This document shows, one piece after another, positions 9,658 to 19,727 of a stretch of DNA of 64,000 nt. The stretch is from positions 1,467 to 65,466 of the forward strand of contig CASIBY010000001.1 of the NCBI GenBank assembly GCA_949373095.1. Reading direction: 5' to 3'. A program made the translations under genes and the position numbers. The number at the start of each line of letters is the position of its first letter. The first letter of the stretch is position 1. The DNA is from Candidatus Poseidoniaceae archaeon (lineage in GTDB: Archaea > Thermoplasmatota > Poseidoniia > Poseidoniales > Poseidoniaceae). Below the pieces are notes generated by a model. It ran no database searches. It was not told the DNA's origin and saw only the letters and a program-made list of their open reading frames with translations.

Positions 9658-9991
9658 ATGAAATCGCACCTCGTAGTCAAACCCGTATGTCTGCGATCTC
9701 CTGGAAAAAAATTTGGTGACCTTACTTGGTAAATCCTATGTTTTCGAGATGCTTTATTTTATGAATACTCGTAATAAACCTGTCAGATTTAATGAACTAA
9801 AGCGAGAATTGTCAATAACGGCAACGACCCTAAGTCGAAGACTTGATGAATTTGCATACAGTGATCTTCTGATTAGAGAAGTGTTTGCTGAAGTCCCAGC
9901 TCGAGTTGAATATTCGCTCTCAGAGAAAGGCAAATCCCTTGGTCCTGTGCTCAAGAATCTGTTCAGTTGGGTTGAAAGTAATCATTCCTGA
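9658..9991 (+). CDS. HxlR family winged-helix regulator (N-terminus apparently frameshifted in the A7 run at 9705-9711)
   Basis: RFNELKREL.ITATTLSRRL...EVPARVEYSLSEKGKSL. The intact frame runs from TTG 9713. ATG 9658 joins it if one A is removed. Confidence 0.8.
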
Positions 9992-10011
9992 GTATCAATC
10001 CAGGATGTCCG

Positions 10012-11214
10012 TCATGAGCCTAACGGGTCAGGGCAAGCGTAGCGACGTGAACAATTTCTACATTTTCCCTCTCTTGAGTGGTTTCGTGATGCTCCGCCTT
10101 TGGCCATGGCTTCTTGAATGGTTTTGACCCGTTCGAAGAGAGAACTCTTTGTCTTCGCATTCCAATCGATGACATGTAAATCATCTTCACCATACCTGAG
10201 AATGCCGTAGGGAGGAGTTCGCCCAGTCGTGGTCTCAATGAGGTGAGCATAGGCCAGCACTTGCATCGAATGAGATTCATGAGGGCGTTTTGGAACCTTC
10301 CCTGTTTTTTGTTCCACGGGAATAAATTCTCCGTCAATAATGACGATTTGGTCTGGCCTGCCTCTGAGTCCAGTCTCTATGTCAATGAGCAAATCACTGC
10401 TTGATTCATCGTCAGAATATGCGACATCAGTCCCGACCGTGATGTTGTTTTGGTCTGCTATGTCCAAGGATTTACTGTTGGCCACCAGCGCTCGCTGAAG
10501 TTGGAAGGAAGCCAAGAGCGTCCAACAGATGGCGATGAATGCAAAAACGTAGGCAGCCTGCTCTTTATCGCTTGCAAAGCGTAGAGCCATGGAATGGAGT
10601 GCCATGACGATAGCCGCCATGAAAAATGCCACCTCAATACGGCCTCCTTCAAACCATCCGCCCTCGAAGCCTTTTGGTTCAAAATAAGGCTCAACTACAG
10701 CCTTATTCTCTGCACTGAAGTGGATGGTCGATTCTTGATGGATTTCCATTCCAATAAGTTGTCGCCAAGGAAGAAGCAGTGCGCTAATTCCTACCACTAG
10801 GCAAGATAGGGCCCATGTTGCAAGTAATTTTGAGAATTCATCAGTGTCAAAATTTGAACGACTAAATCCTCGGAACAACACGGCATCAATTACCAACACG
10901 AGAACTACGGCATACCACCACTGCCAGATGAGCAAATTGCGCTTCGTTTGAATTCTCAGATGTTGGTATTCGGAATAGATGTGATGAATTGCCTTGTGAC
11001 TTTCCTGACCCTTTACGATCTCTTCACCTTTTCCGGCATGACCATGTGCCGCTAGCGACCAAGAAAGAGGGCAATAGGTGTAACGCTCTAAGTCACTAGC
11101 ACTAACCGGCAAGAATTCCCCATTTTCCGCCATCCAGTACCCTTCGTCGGTAACCGTGGCGTTCGGGTCGGTAGGTTCGTAGGCCACTGCCTTTTCTTCA
11201 GCGCCCTCCCCCAT
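10012..11214 (-). CDS. Solo Cas4-like PD-(D/E)xK nuclease with four inserted transmembrane helices
   Basis: SASDLERYTYCP at the N-terminus; GRPD, EQK and QVLAY nuclease motifs; C-terminal CRNCSRRYAC. Four hydrophobic helices lie between the first Cys and the nuclease core. Confidence 0.88.
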   Translation of the reverse strand: MGEGAEEKAVAYEPTDPNATVTDEGYWMAENGEFLPVSASDLERYTYCPLSWSLAAHGHAGKGEEIVKGQESHKAIHHIYSEYQHLRIQTKRNLLIWQWWYAVVLVLVIDAVLFRGFSRSNFDTDEFSKLLATWALSCLVVGISALLLPWRQLIGMEIHQESTIHFSAENKAVVEPYFEPKGFEGGWFEGGRIEVAFFMAAIVMALHSMALRFASDKEQAAYVFAFIAICWTLLASFQLQRALVANSKSLDIADQNNITVGTDVAYSDDESSSDLLIDIETGLRGRPDQIVIIDGEFIPVEQKTGKVPKRPHESHSMQVLAYAHLIETTTGRTPPYGILRYGEDDLHVIDWNAKTKSSLFERVKTIQEAMAKGGASRNHSREGKCRNCSRRYACPDPLGS

Positions 11215-11348
11215 GAGATGCCCTGCTGCGTTCTCTTTTTGATACCTTTTCCCTCGTTGATTTCACCAAAAGCCCGAAGTCTCATGAACGCTTTTGGGAC
11301 GAAGCGGTTTAATACAGGGGGTCTGTGGGCGGCTTACTGTGGTCTATT

Positions 11349-11957
11349 ATGTCCGATGAAGGAAGTTTGTTAGTCTCCGCCGAAGCCTATGAGGAGAGCG
11401 CCGTAAACATCGGGACTCAACAGAAGAGTGCCGACATGGGCCGCTTCATTGACCGAGTCCGTGAAGACGGTCTTTACCTTCTTGATATTCACATCACAGA
11501 CGCCCGAATTCGCTCAATTGCAGCTTTCCTGAACACCTTTGATGCGCCATCAATCATGATTGTCAGCGCTCGCCAATATGGACAACGCCCCGCTCGTAAA
11601 TTTGCAGAAGCAGTTGGAGCTCACTCGGCTGTTGGCCGATTTATCCCAGGATCTTTGACCAACCCGGCACTACGTTCCTACCTTGAACCAGATGTCTTGT
11701 TCGTTACCGACCCTGCAGCAGATCAGCAAGCCCTTCGTGAAGCAGTTGCTACCGGCCTACCTATCGTAGGTATCGTCGATGCAAACAACCATCTTCGAAA
11801 CGTCGATATCGCTCTTCCTGCAAACAACAAAGGTCGTCGCTCACTCGCTTTGATTTACTGGCTCCTCGCCCGTGAAGTTCTCAAGGTTCGTGGAGAAACC
11901 ACTGATGAGGCATGGGCAGAGTCCAACGACCTCGAAGACTGGGAATCCACCTTCTGA
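11349..11957 (+). CDS. rps2: 30S ribosomal protein S2 (uS2)
   Basis: IGTQQKSADM, GRFIPGSLTNP, EPDVLFVTDP..D.QA and PANNKGRRSLALIYWLLAREVL motifs. Confidence 0.97.
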   Translation: MSDEGSLLVSAEAYEESAVNIGTQQKSADMGRFIDRVREDGLYLLDIHITDARIRSIAAFLNTFDAPSIMIVSARQYGQRPARKFAEAVGAHSAVGRFIPGSLTNPALRSYLEPDVLFVTDPAADQQALREAVATGLPIVGIVDANNHLRNVDIALPANNKGRRSLALIYWLLAREVLKVRGETTDEAWAESNDLEDWESTF

Positions 11958-11960
11958 GTA

Positions 11961-12986
11961 TTACACTCCGTTGGCCAAGTAGATGCTAATTGCATCAGCC
12001 ATTGCTCTAGGTGTATTTTGCTCATGCATAATGTTCCTAACTTTTTTTGCATTGGGTAAACCCTTGGTGAATGCAATAGCATGCCGCTTCATCCAACGGG
12101 CTTGAATACCAACCGTTTCTTCACACAAATCGATGTAACGGTCCCAGCACCACCTTCGTGATGCAAAGGATTGTTGGACATCATCTAACTCATACCATTC
12201 CTCATTGGAAGTAATCCAAGGTAATTCCTCTTCTTTCATCCACCCCAGGCCAACTTTGATGTCGGCAAATACGGATGGGCGTCCAATTGCACCTCGCCCA
12301 ACCATGAGTCCTGCTGCCCCTGTTTGCTCCAAGCATGCAGCCGCAGAAGCGGCATCTACAACGTCCCCATTAGCGATGACTGGGACCTCTACAGCCTCTA
12401 CAGCTTGCTTGATTGAAGTCCAGTCTGCAACACCGGTATATCTCTGGCGCAGGGTTCGTCCGTGGATGCAGAGTCGTTGTGCGCCCACCTCTTCCAAGCG
12501 CTTACAAATTTCAGTAGCGTTGTTTTGACCACTACCGGTTCCAAGTCGCATTTTAGCGGTCACTGGTGTATCTACACGTTGAACGATATCATTGACCATC
12601 CCAACCAGACGTTCTGGTTCACCCATGAGGGCAGCTCCAGCACAAATATTGGTTACTTTTGGTGCAGGGCAACCAAAATTTAGGTCGATGATGTCAGCAC
12701 TCGGTGCAAGCATTTCAGCTGCAGTAGCCATGTCTCCCGGGTCGCCTCCAAAGATTTGAGGAATGAACGGGACTTCGGCATCATGCGTTTCCATGCGACG
12801 CCATGATGTCGCCGCTTCTCGGGTTAGCGCAGTTGAGTTCGTAAATTCCGTGATGGTTACATCCGCACCACATTCCTTTGATAGCAACCGGAACGGCAAA
12901 TCCGACACTCCCGACATTGGAGCTAGAAAAAGAGGACGAGCATCACCATCCCAAGGCCCTGGGGCGGGTTGGATGTGCTCGGTCAT
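11961..12986 (-). CDS. dus: tRNA-dihydrouridine synthase (DusB-like)
   Basis: LAPMSGVSD.PFR, IDLNFGCP, HGRT..QRY.G.ADW, IANGDV and MVGRGAIGRP motifs. Confidence 0.95.
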   Translation of the reverse strand: MTEHIQPAPGPWDGDARPLFLAPMSGVSDLPFRLLSKECGADVTITEFTNSTALTREAATSWRRMETHDAEVPFIPQIFGGDPGDMATAAEMLAPSADIIDLNFGCPAPKVTNICAGAALMGEPERLVGMVNDIVQRVDTPVTAKMRLGTGSGQNNATEICKRLEEVGAQRLCIHGRTLRQRYTGVADWTSIKQAVEAVEVPVIANGDVVDAASAAACLEQTGAAGLMVGRGAIGRPSVFADIKVGLGWMKEEELPWITSNEEWYELDDVQQSFASRRWCWDRYIDLCEETVGIQARWMKRHAIAFTKGLPNAKKVRNIMHEQNTPRAMADAISIYLANGV

Positions 12987-13010
12987 GGTTTTGGCTCAAT
13001 TGAAATTGTT

Positions 13011-14141
13011 TCAAGCATTTCCCTCATCCCTTGAGGTTTCAAGGGCTTCATCGAGTAAGTTGGCGACTCGGACCATTCTCCGGAGCACACGGTCCATACG
13101 CTCCTGAACACGTCGCTGGAGGGCTTGAGGCGAGGGGCCTGAGAGGCGATATCCCATCGGAAGGCGACCGCCGAGAAGGTTTAGGAGTAACATCTGGTCC
13201 CGGGCTTCCATGGATTCCAAATGTGTTCCAACATCATCCACATTGAGAGTTTCCTTGTTCAAGGATTGGAGGAGGGTGTTTTGCTGTTTATTGCTAAGCA
13301 AACGCTGAAATCCCCCTTTTTTCAACATCCAATCTTCACCTCGTCGCTGATATTGTGTGGTCATTGCGGTCCATAACGCGACGCTTAGTCGGTCTGTACG
13401 GGCAACTCTCTCAACCATGCCAGACGCTCTGAACCGGTCTAAAATCCGCCCAATGCGAGCCTTTTGTCCTCCATGGGATTCAACTGCTTCATCAAGAGAA
13501 AGAGGGAGGTCTCGTTCCAATAGTGTCGTCATCAAGCGAACGGATAACGAATCTGCAGTAATTTCTTGGCCGGGGCGCTCACCAAGCATCCCCAAATCAT
13601 TCATCCAATGGGAAAGGACAGTTCCGTTGGAATCGTTGGGTATTGGCCTGTGGTCGGTTAAGCCAAGCATGAAGGGAGCATGTTCGGGTTCGGGCAGTTC
13701 CACTTCCATCGGTTCACCTGTTCGTTTCCAATACGGTTCCAATGCGGCCATTCTCTGGGTGAGGATAAGAGAGCAATTTTGCTGGAAAAACGCAACAGCA
13801 TTGCTCAATGAACCGCCTCTAAGGAAATAACGGCGCCATCCCTTTCCTTCATTGGTGTAGCCTACAATTCCGCTTTCTACAAGCCGTGTCAGGTGATGAT
13901 TGAGGGAGGCAGGCATTAAGGCGAGTTCATCAGCTAGCATTTGAGCGTCCCAAGCGGTATTGGGTTGACCAAACAAATGGTCTCGCAACAGTCGGTGAAC
14001 CGGGCCAGCTCTGCCATTATCGGCCATAGCATCTCCTCGCTTTCGAACCAGACAAAGAGTGTCAGTCATCCATTCGACGAGGGCGTCAACCTCGCGGTCG
14101 GTTGAGGGAAGGGGGAGTTCAACCATTCGTACCGAGAACAT
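13011..14141 (-). CDS. Tandem winged-HTH domain protein (putative regulator)
   Basis: Two similar halves (VEWMTDTLCL..LNHHLTRLVESGIV and SHWMNDLGML..IGRILDRFRASGMVER). Confidence 0.6.
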   Translation of the reverse strand: MFSVRMVELPLPSTDREVDALVEWMTDTLCLVRKRGDAMADNGRAGPVHRLLRDHLFGQPNTAWDAQMLADELALMPASLNHHLTRLVESGIVGYTNEGKGWRRYFLRGGSLSNAVAFFQQNCSLILTQRMAALEPYWKRTGEPMEVELPEPEHAPFMLGLTDHRPIPNDSNGTVLSHWMNDLGMLGERPGQEITADSLSVRLMTTLLERDLPLSLDEAVESHGGQKARIGRILDRFRASGMVERVARTDRLSVALWTAMTTQYQRRGEDWMLKKGGFQRLLSNKQQNTLLQSLNKETLNVDDVGTHLESMEARDQMLLLNLLGGRLPMGYRLSGPSPQALQRRVQERMDRVLRRMVRVANLLDEALETSRDEGNA

Positions 14142-14238
14142 TCTGGCTACCGAAGAGAAGCCAGTGGCGGAAGCCTTTGAAGTCTATGCAGTAAATGCCG
14201 CTCAAGCGATAGATTTCAAAAGAAGTTCAGAGGAGCGG

Positions 14239-14907
14239 TCACGCCGTCCTTCGTTCGTCCTTCCATTCGTAATCCACGCTACCATGGGGTTGCCAGCACA
14301 TATCAAGGTCAATATGTGGCATGAGTTCAATGCGGTCATCTCGCAAAATACCACGTCGTCGTAGTACCTTTACAGCACTGTGCACGGTAGCCCGAGTTCT
14401 TCCGAGACGTCGGGCAAGTTCTGCTTGTGATCTGGGGACGCCCTCACGATCAATGTTTTCCAAAATTAAGCGTTGTACGAGCGAAAGCCCAATCGGGAGA
14501 CTTTGGGCCATTCTTTCTTCTCCGATCACTGTGCTTCGGAGAACTTCAACTTGACTTGGTGCTCCTGCAAAATAGCATGTTCGGCCGTTGACTGGAAGAA
14601 TTGTGACTGATTTATGAGTTTGGAGAACGTCAAGATGGTGTCTCAATGTTCCATTGGCGGTATTCATTGCAGTTTGTAATTCACGGTAGCACAAGCCGGG
14701 ATGTGCCTCTAAGGTGGAAAGGATTCTTCGCCGCAACGGGTGCTCATGGTGGGTTGCTTTGGTTCGGATTCCCCCCATTGTCATAGCGCCAACGGCACCT
14801 GCTGCTGCAGCCACACCTCCAGCCAGCCCGGTAACACTGCTGGCCGCTCCAGCCAAACCAGCAGCTAGCCATGGTCGCTGACGCACCCATTGGGAGAGGA
14901 GAGGCAT
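14239..14907 (-). CDS. Winged-HTH transcriptional regulator with N-terminal hydrophobic segment
   Basis: HPLRRRIL..LEAHPGLCYREL...NGTLRHHLDVL, and a second HTH SQAELARRLGRTRATVHSAVKVL. Confidence 0.8.
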   Translation of the reverse strand: MPLLSQWVRQRPWLAAGLAGAASSVTGLAGGVAAAAGAVGAMTMGGIRTKATHHEHPLRRRILSTLEAHPGLCYRELQTAMNTANGTLRHHLDVLQTHKSVTILPVNGRTCYFAGAPSQVEVLRSTVIGEERMAQSLPIGLSLVQRLILENIDREGVPRSQAELARRLGRTRATVHSAVKVLRRRGILRDDRIELMPHIDLDMCWQPHGSVDYEWKDERRTA

Positions 14908-15020
14908 ACGCTGAGGTTGGTCTTCTCCTCCCTTAAACCATCGCCGTTTTGAGTCGCACTTTCACTGCTTGAATAAGCCGTTAATATACCCTTGAAAGCG
15001 TTAACTTATGGTAGAATTTT

Positions 15021-15836
15021 ATGATAAAAAACAAGAGAAATGAAACGATTGAATCCCAGTTACAATCAGCGTTGGACCAAGGAGCAAACGTGTGGGTCAT
15101 CGGAGATATTCACGGATTTTATCAAAGTTTTATTTCGCTCCTTGAACAGTTGAATCTTGGAATAAACGACCGAGTAGTTTTGTTGGGCGACCTCATTGAC
15201 CGAGGCCCGAATTCTTACGGTGTTATACACACTGCACGAACAAATGAACAGATGTTCTGCGTAAAAGGAAATCACGAGGCTATGATGGCAGAAAATTTCT
15301 CATTTGAGCAACTGGAAAATCCAAACATAGACATGTTAGTTTGGATGAATAACGGCGGGAATACAACCATTCGTTCGTATCTGGATGCCTTCAACAATGC
15401 GTCGACGACATCGGATCGTCAAGTCATGGAAAAACAACTCCAGAATGATATCAAATGGATTGAAACTCTCCCTCTCCATATTGTCCTCAAGAACTGGCGA
15501 TTGATACATGCAGGTTACAGCCCCAACCTTCCGCTTGATGAACAAACAGAAGAAGAATACTTGTGGGTGAGGAAGGAATTTCACCAGGCTCCTGAACCTG
15601 TTGATGCCGAACGAACTGTTGTGTTTGGTCATACTCCAACGGTGAGCCTTCCAGGGCACACAGAGCTATCGTGGGGAAAAGTATGGCGTAATGAAGTGTG
15701 TCTGGAAAACAGCCGACCGGCATCAATAGGCATTGATACGTGTTTGTATCATGGAAAGCATGGGATGCCTGCAGTCTTAACCGCCTTCAACCTTCAGGAC
15801 GAGAGTGTAGTTCAGCAAAATAGAGTTGAGCCTTGA
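15021..15836 (+). CDS. PPP-family Ser/Thr protein phosphatase / metallophosphoesterase
   Basis: GDIHG, GDLIDRGP, GNHE, HAG, FGHTP and IDT motifs. Confidence 0.92.
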   Translation: MIKNKRNETIESQLQSALDQGANVWVIGDIHGFYQSFISLLEQLNLGINDRVVLLGDLIDRGPNSYGVIHTARTNEQMFCVKGNHEAMMAENFSFEQLENPNIDMLVWMNNGGNTTIRSYLDAFNNASTTSDRQVMEKQLQNDIKWIETLPLHIVLKNWRLIHAGYSPNLPLDEQTEEEYLWVRKEFHQAPEPVDAERTVVFGHTPTVSLPGHTELSWGKVWRNEVCLENSRPASIGIDTCLYHGKHGMPAVLTAFNLQDESVVQQNRVEP

Positions 15837-15838
15837 CT

Positions 15839-16294
15839 TCATTCAGGTTGAACTGAGCCCATCTTCACTTTGAGGTGTGCTACTAGCGGCGAGAGAAGTC
15901 TGCCGCAAGTCAAGCCGTGCTGGCTGAGTTCGTAATTGACTTTGACAGGAGGTCCTTCGGTAACCAGGCGCAAGACCAGCCCTTCCTCGGTTAGAAATCG
16001 CAACTTATCCGAAAGCGTTCTGCTTGAAATACCACTAAGCATGTTCTTCATTTCATTGAATCGGCGAGGGCCAGTAATGTACAATGTTGCAAGAATCTCG
16101 ATGGTCCATCGGGACCCGAATACGTGAAGAGCTTCTACTGCTGCTTCAACTTCCCAATCTGCGTTAAAGGGCCCTTGATTGGAGTAATTAGCCAGGGTTG
16201 AACGAATGATTTTGCCGTTGGTGAGTGTACTCTCGATGTTATTTTGAAGAGATTCAAATGCATCGGTTGGAATTTTCATCGGTGGCGTTGGCAT
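15839..16294 (-). CDS. HxlR family transcriptional regulator
   Basis: SRWTIEIL...RRFNEMK..LSGISSRTLSDKLR.L...PPVKVNYELS. Confidence 0.9.
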   Translation of the reverse strand: MPTPPMKIPTDAFESLQNNIESTLTNGKIIRSTLANYSNQGPFNADWEVEAAVEALHVFGSRWTIEILATLYITGPRRFNEMKNMLSGISSRTLSDKLRFLTEEGLVLRLVTEGPPVKVNYELSQHGLTCGRLLSPLVAHLKVKMGSVQPE

Positions 16295-16427
16295 GGGATT
16301 CAAATGGCCACAGGTGCCACCACTACTTGATTTCTTTTCCACACTCAATGTCGCTCTGCGTCTAGATGCACGTCATGACGAAATCTTCAGGTGATTCTTT
16401 CAAGAAGTCCAGCACCTTCCCCAGTTC

Positions 16428-17612
16428 ATGGCTCAAGACAAGGACACGCACCCTAAGCGGCGCGTGTTGCTTGTCCGTGGAGGAATACTCTCACGCTATT
16501 CCGGGCTTGGAGGTGCCTTTCACGATCTAAGAACTTCGCTTCAAGAAGGTCAAATTAGAGACTGGGAATGTGCTGGTACAGAAGAGTACAACCTTCCTGC
16601 AGGCGCTTCGGGATTGCGACGTATTATGAAACGCTGGTTCGGACATCCAAAGCAAATAGGGCGAAGCGTTCGTAACTTGCACAATACCGGTTCGCTTGAC
16701 TTAATTCATGTAGCTGACCAGGAACAGGCTCATTTGATTCCGAAGCATTCTCCTGTTCCTGTAGTTGTTTACATCCACGATTTCTTTCACCTTTTCCCGG
16801 AAACGATTTCCCTCAATGGAGAGCGTATTGAAGTGGGGGAGCAACGGCCACCTTTGTACAGGCGCTCTGATTTGAAACGTTTGATGAAAGGGATCGGTCG
16901 AGCCAACGCTATCATCTGTAACACGCAAGCAACGGAGTCGTTGTGTCGGAAGCATTTCCCTGACAAACCCCTCTATCGTATCCCCTATGGGTTGGATACT
17001 GCAAAATTCGCTCCTGTCTCACCTCTGCCTTCTCCACCAAGTGGACTTTCATCGGCGAATTGCAACCTTTTGATAGTTGGAAGTCACGACCCAAGAAAGC
17101 GTTTGAAGTTCCTTATTAGAATGTTAAGCAAATTACCTGAAGAACTTCTTCAGTCATTGATGGTTCATCACATCGGCGGCGATTTCTGCCCCTATGGAGG
17201 TATGGCTGCAAGCGAATATGCATCTCAGCATAGTGTTCCTTGGACTCAAGTTGGGGGTGACATCAGCGATAACGTACTCAATCATTATCGATGGCACACT
17301 GAGGCCCTTCTGTTTCCTTCGGGGGCTGAAGGGTTTGGCTACCCTCCTGTTGAATCCATGGCTGCAGGTCAACCCGTTCTTGCGTCGAATCGACCAGCGC
17401 ACAACGAATTGATGCCGGATGGACAATGCATTGATGCTGAAGACGAAGATGCTTGGCGAGAAGCAATTCAAGAGATTCATGCCCGTTGGGTGGCTCGGAG
17501 CGGAGCAGACCGCGAACCCGACCAGAACCTCATCAAACACGTTGAATTTCTATCACCAGAGCGTTTCCATCGAGATATGAGCGATGCTTGGGCCGAGATT
17601 TCGTCATTGTGA
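16428..17612 (+). CDS. Glycosyltransferase family 4
   Basis: FPSGAEGFGYPPVESMAAGQPV motif. Confidence 0.9.
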   Translation: MAQDKDTHPKRRVLLVRGGILSRYSGLGGAFHDLRTSLQEGQIRDWECAGTEEYNLPAGASGLRRIMKRWFGHPKQIGRSVRNLHNTGSLDLIHVADQEQAHLIPKHSPVPVVVYIHDFFHLFPETISLNGERIEVGEQRPPLYRRSDLKRLMKGIGRANAIICNTQATESLCRKHFPDKPLYRIPYGLDTAKFAPVSPLPSPPSGLSSANCNLLIVGSHDPRKRLKFLIRMLSKLPEELLQSLMVHHIGGDFCPYGGMAASEYASQHSVPWTQVGGDISDNVLNHYRWHTEALLFPSGAEGFGYPPVESMAAGQPVLASNRPAHNELMPDGQCIDAEDEDAWREAIQEIHARWVARSGADREPDQNLIKHVEFLSPERFHRDMSDAWAEISSL

Positions 17613-17655
17613 ACCATCCGTATGCTTCATGAGCATCGTTTGATTGCGCAGTAAC

Positions 17656-19725
17656 ATGCAACCTATTCAGCGTGTAGCCGTCGTCGGCGCAGGAAACATG
17701 GGATCGGGAATTGCCCAGAAAAGTGCTCAAGAAGAATTTGATGTCCAAATGGTGGACCGCGAAGCACAATGGGTTGAACGTGGCCAGTCCATTATTACCA
17801 ACTTCCTCTCCGAAGCAGTCGAACGTAGAATTTTCTCCCCTCAGCAAGTAGAAGACATTCAAGGCCGCATAACAGGCGTTATCGGAGTTGATAAAACAGC
17901 AGTAGATACCGACCTGGTCATTGAAGCAGTTTTCGAAGATTTTGACGTGAAGACAGCAGTATTTGCTACGCTTGACAAGGCGTGCGGGCCAAACACTATC
18001 CTTGCATCAAACACATCTTCACTCTCAGTCAACGCTCTTGCTGAAGCGACTGGCCGCCCTGACCGTTTTGTTGGCCTCCATTTCTTCTATCACCCAGCGA
18101 AAAATCGCTTGGTCGAAGTGATTCCTGCTCAATCTTCAAGCCAAGAAACCATCGATAAGGTTGTTCAGTACTGCAAGATGCTCGGTAAGGTTGTCATCGT
18201 TTGTGCTGACCGACCAGGATTTGTCGTCAATAGATTCTTCGTTCCGTGGCTGAATGAAGCCTGTTTGCTTTTGGAAGAAGGTGCAGGGTCGGCAGCTCAA
18301 ATTGACGCTATTGCTTGCAAAGCCTTCCGAATCGGTCTCGGTCCGTTTGGTTTGATGAACCTCACAGGACCTCCTATTGCGCTGCATTCAACCGACTATC
18401 TCGCAGAGCAATTGAACACGCCTCGATACACTGGGGCTCAAAACCTCAGAGATTTGATTGAAGCAAATGCTCAATGGGACGTTTCCGGTGAAGCAGACTT
18501 TTCCGAGGACCAATATACTGCAGTTTCAGAACGTCTCCTTGGCGTTGTTTTTGGGGTTGCAGCACAAATCGTTGATGAAGACATTTGCAGCATGGAAGAC
18601 GTTGACCGCGGTGCAAAGGTTGGCCTCCGCTGGGCTCGTGGACCTTTTGAATTGATGAATAAAATCGGCGTTGAAGAAGCACATAGAATGGCCATGAAGT
18701 ACGCTGATGTGGCTGGAGAAGGCTGGAATGTTCCTGCATTCTTTACTCAACAAGGCAAAAGCAGTTGGGACTTTTCATATGTTGATACAACCGTTACAAA
18801 CGGCATCGCAACCATAACTATCAACCGGCCTGAAGCCATGAATGCACTCAATGTCACCGTTGTAGAGCAACTGACAACGGCTGTTGAAGCAGCTAACTCA
18901 GATGCTTCCGTTCATACCATTGTTCTTGATGGGGCCGGAAAGGCATTTGTTGCTGGAGCTGACGTCAAATTCTTTGTTGACAAAATCCGTGCAGATGCTA
19001 TTCCAGAAATTTACGATTTCACTGCAGACGGCCACACCATGCTTGACATGCTTGAAAACTCCTCCAAAACAACCGTGGCTCTTACGACCGGCCTCGCTCT
19101 CGGTGGTGGACTTGAACTCGCTCTTGCATGCGATTACCGAATCGGAACCCGAAGAACGCAATTCCGCTTCCCAGAGACTTCCATCGGAATCTACCCGGGA
19201 CTTGGAGGTTCACAACGGCCCGCACGAATATGTGGTATTCCCGCAGCCCGCTGGGCTGTATTAGCTGGGAATTTCATGAATGCACAAACTGCAAAGGATC
19301 TTGGCTTGATTACCCACCTCGTGGACGTTGCTAGCGTTGATTCTTGCGTAGCATCCCTTTCTTCGGAAGGAAAGCCAGCCAACAAATATCCAGGGCGACC
19401 GTCAAACCCTGAATCAAAAGTAGCTCAATTTGCATCTTCATTCTACTCGGATGCGAACATGCCTGCTCTCATGAGCGGAACTTGTCCGGAAGGGTTTGAA
19501 ACGGAAGACAAAACGGTTTCGCGTCAAATCAAGAGCTTGTCGTTTACAGCACCTATTGGTCTGAGAATGGCTAGTGACCTCATCAACGCCACAGCGTCAA
19601 CTTCCCTCGGAGACGGGTTACAGATGGAACTGGATGGGTTGGATACGATTTTCTCAACCAAAGATGCTCTAGAAGGCCTGTCTGCACTTATTGAGAACCG
19701 CAGGGCGACCTACAACAACGAGTGA
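17656..19725 (+). CDS. 3-hydroxyacyl-CoA dehydrogenase / enoyl-CoA hydratase fusion
   Basis: GAGNMGSGIA, LASNTSSL, GLHFFYHP and PGFVVNR; C-terminal crotonase domain (NRPEAMNAL, FVAGAD, GGGLELALACD, PE). Confidence 0.95.
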   Translation: MQPIQRVAVVGAGNMGSGIAQKSAQEEFDVQMVDREAQWVERGQSIITNFLSEAVERRIFSPQQVEDIQGRITGVIGVDKTAVDTDLVIEAVFEDFDVKTAVFATLDKACGPNTILASNTSSLSVNALAEATGRPDRFVGLHFFYHPAKNRLVEVIPAQSSSQETIDKVVQYCKMLGKVVIVCADRPGFVVNRFFVPWLNEACLLLEEGAGSAAQIDAIACKAFRIGLGPFGLMNLTGPPIALHSTDYLAEQLNTPRYTGAQNLRDLIEANAQWDVSGEADFSEDQYTAVSERLLGVVFGVAAQIVDEDICSMEDVDRGAKVGLRWARGPFELMNKIGVEEAHRMAMKYADVAGEGWNVPAFFTQQGKSSWDFSYVDTTVTNGIATITINRPEAMNALNVTVVEQLTTAVEAANSDASVHTIVLDGAGKAFVAGADVKFFVDKIRADAIPEIYDFTADGHTMLDMLENSSKTTVALTTGLALGGGLELALACDYRIGTRRTQFRFPETSIGIYPGLGGSQRPARICGIPAARWAVLAGNFMNAQTAKDLGLITHLVDVASVDSCVASLSSEGKPANKYPGRPSNPESKVAQFASSFYSDANMPALMSGTCPEGFETEDKTVSRQIKSLSFTAPIGLRMASDLINATASTSLGDGLQMELDGLDTIFSTKDALEGLSALIENRRATYNNE

Positions 19726-19727
19726 AT

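Noticed and set aside
9441..9680. Cys-containing 62-79 aa minus-strand ORF upstream of the GNAT gene
   Set aside because: It has no recognisable motif and overlaps both the GNAT start and the probable HxlR promoter, so it cannot be supported.
10012..11214. CRISPR-Cas locus implied by Cas4
   Set aside because: I saw no repeat-spacer array, cas1, cas2 or effector gene in the window.
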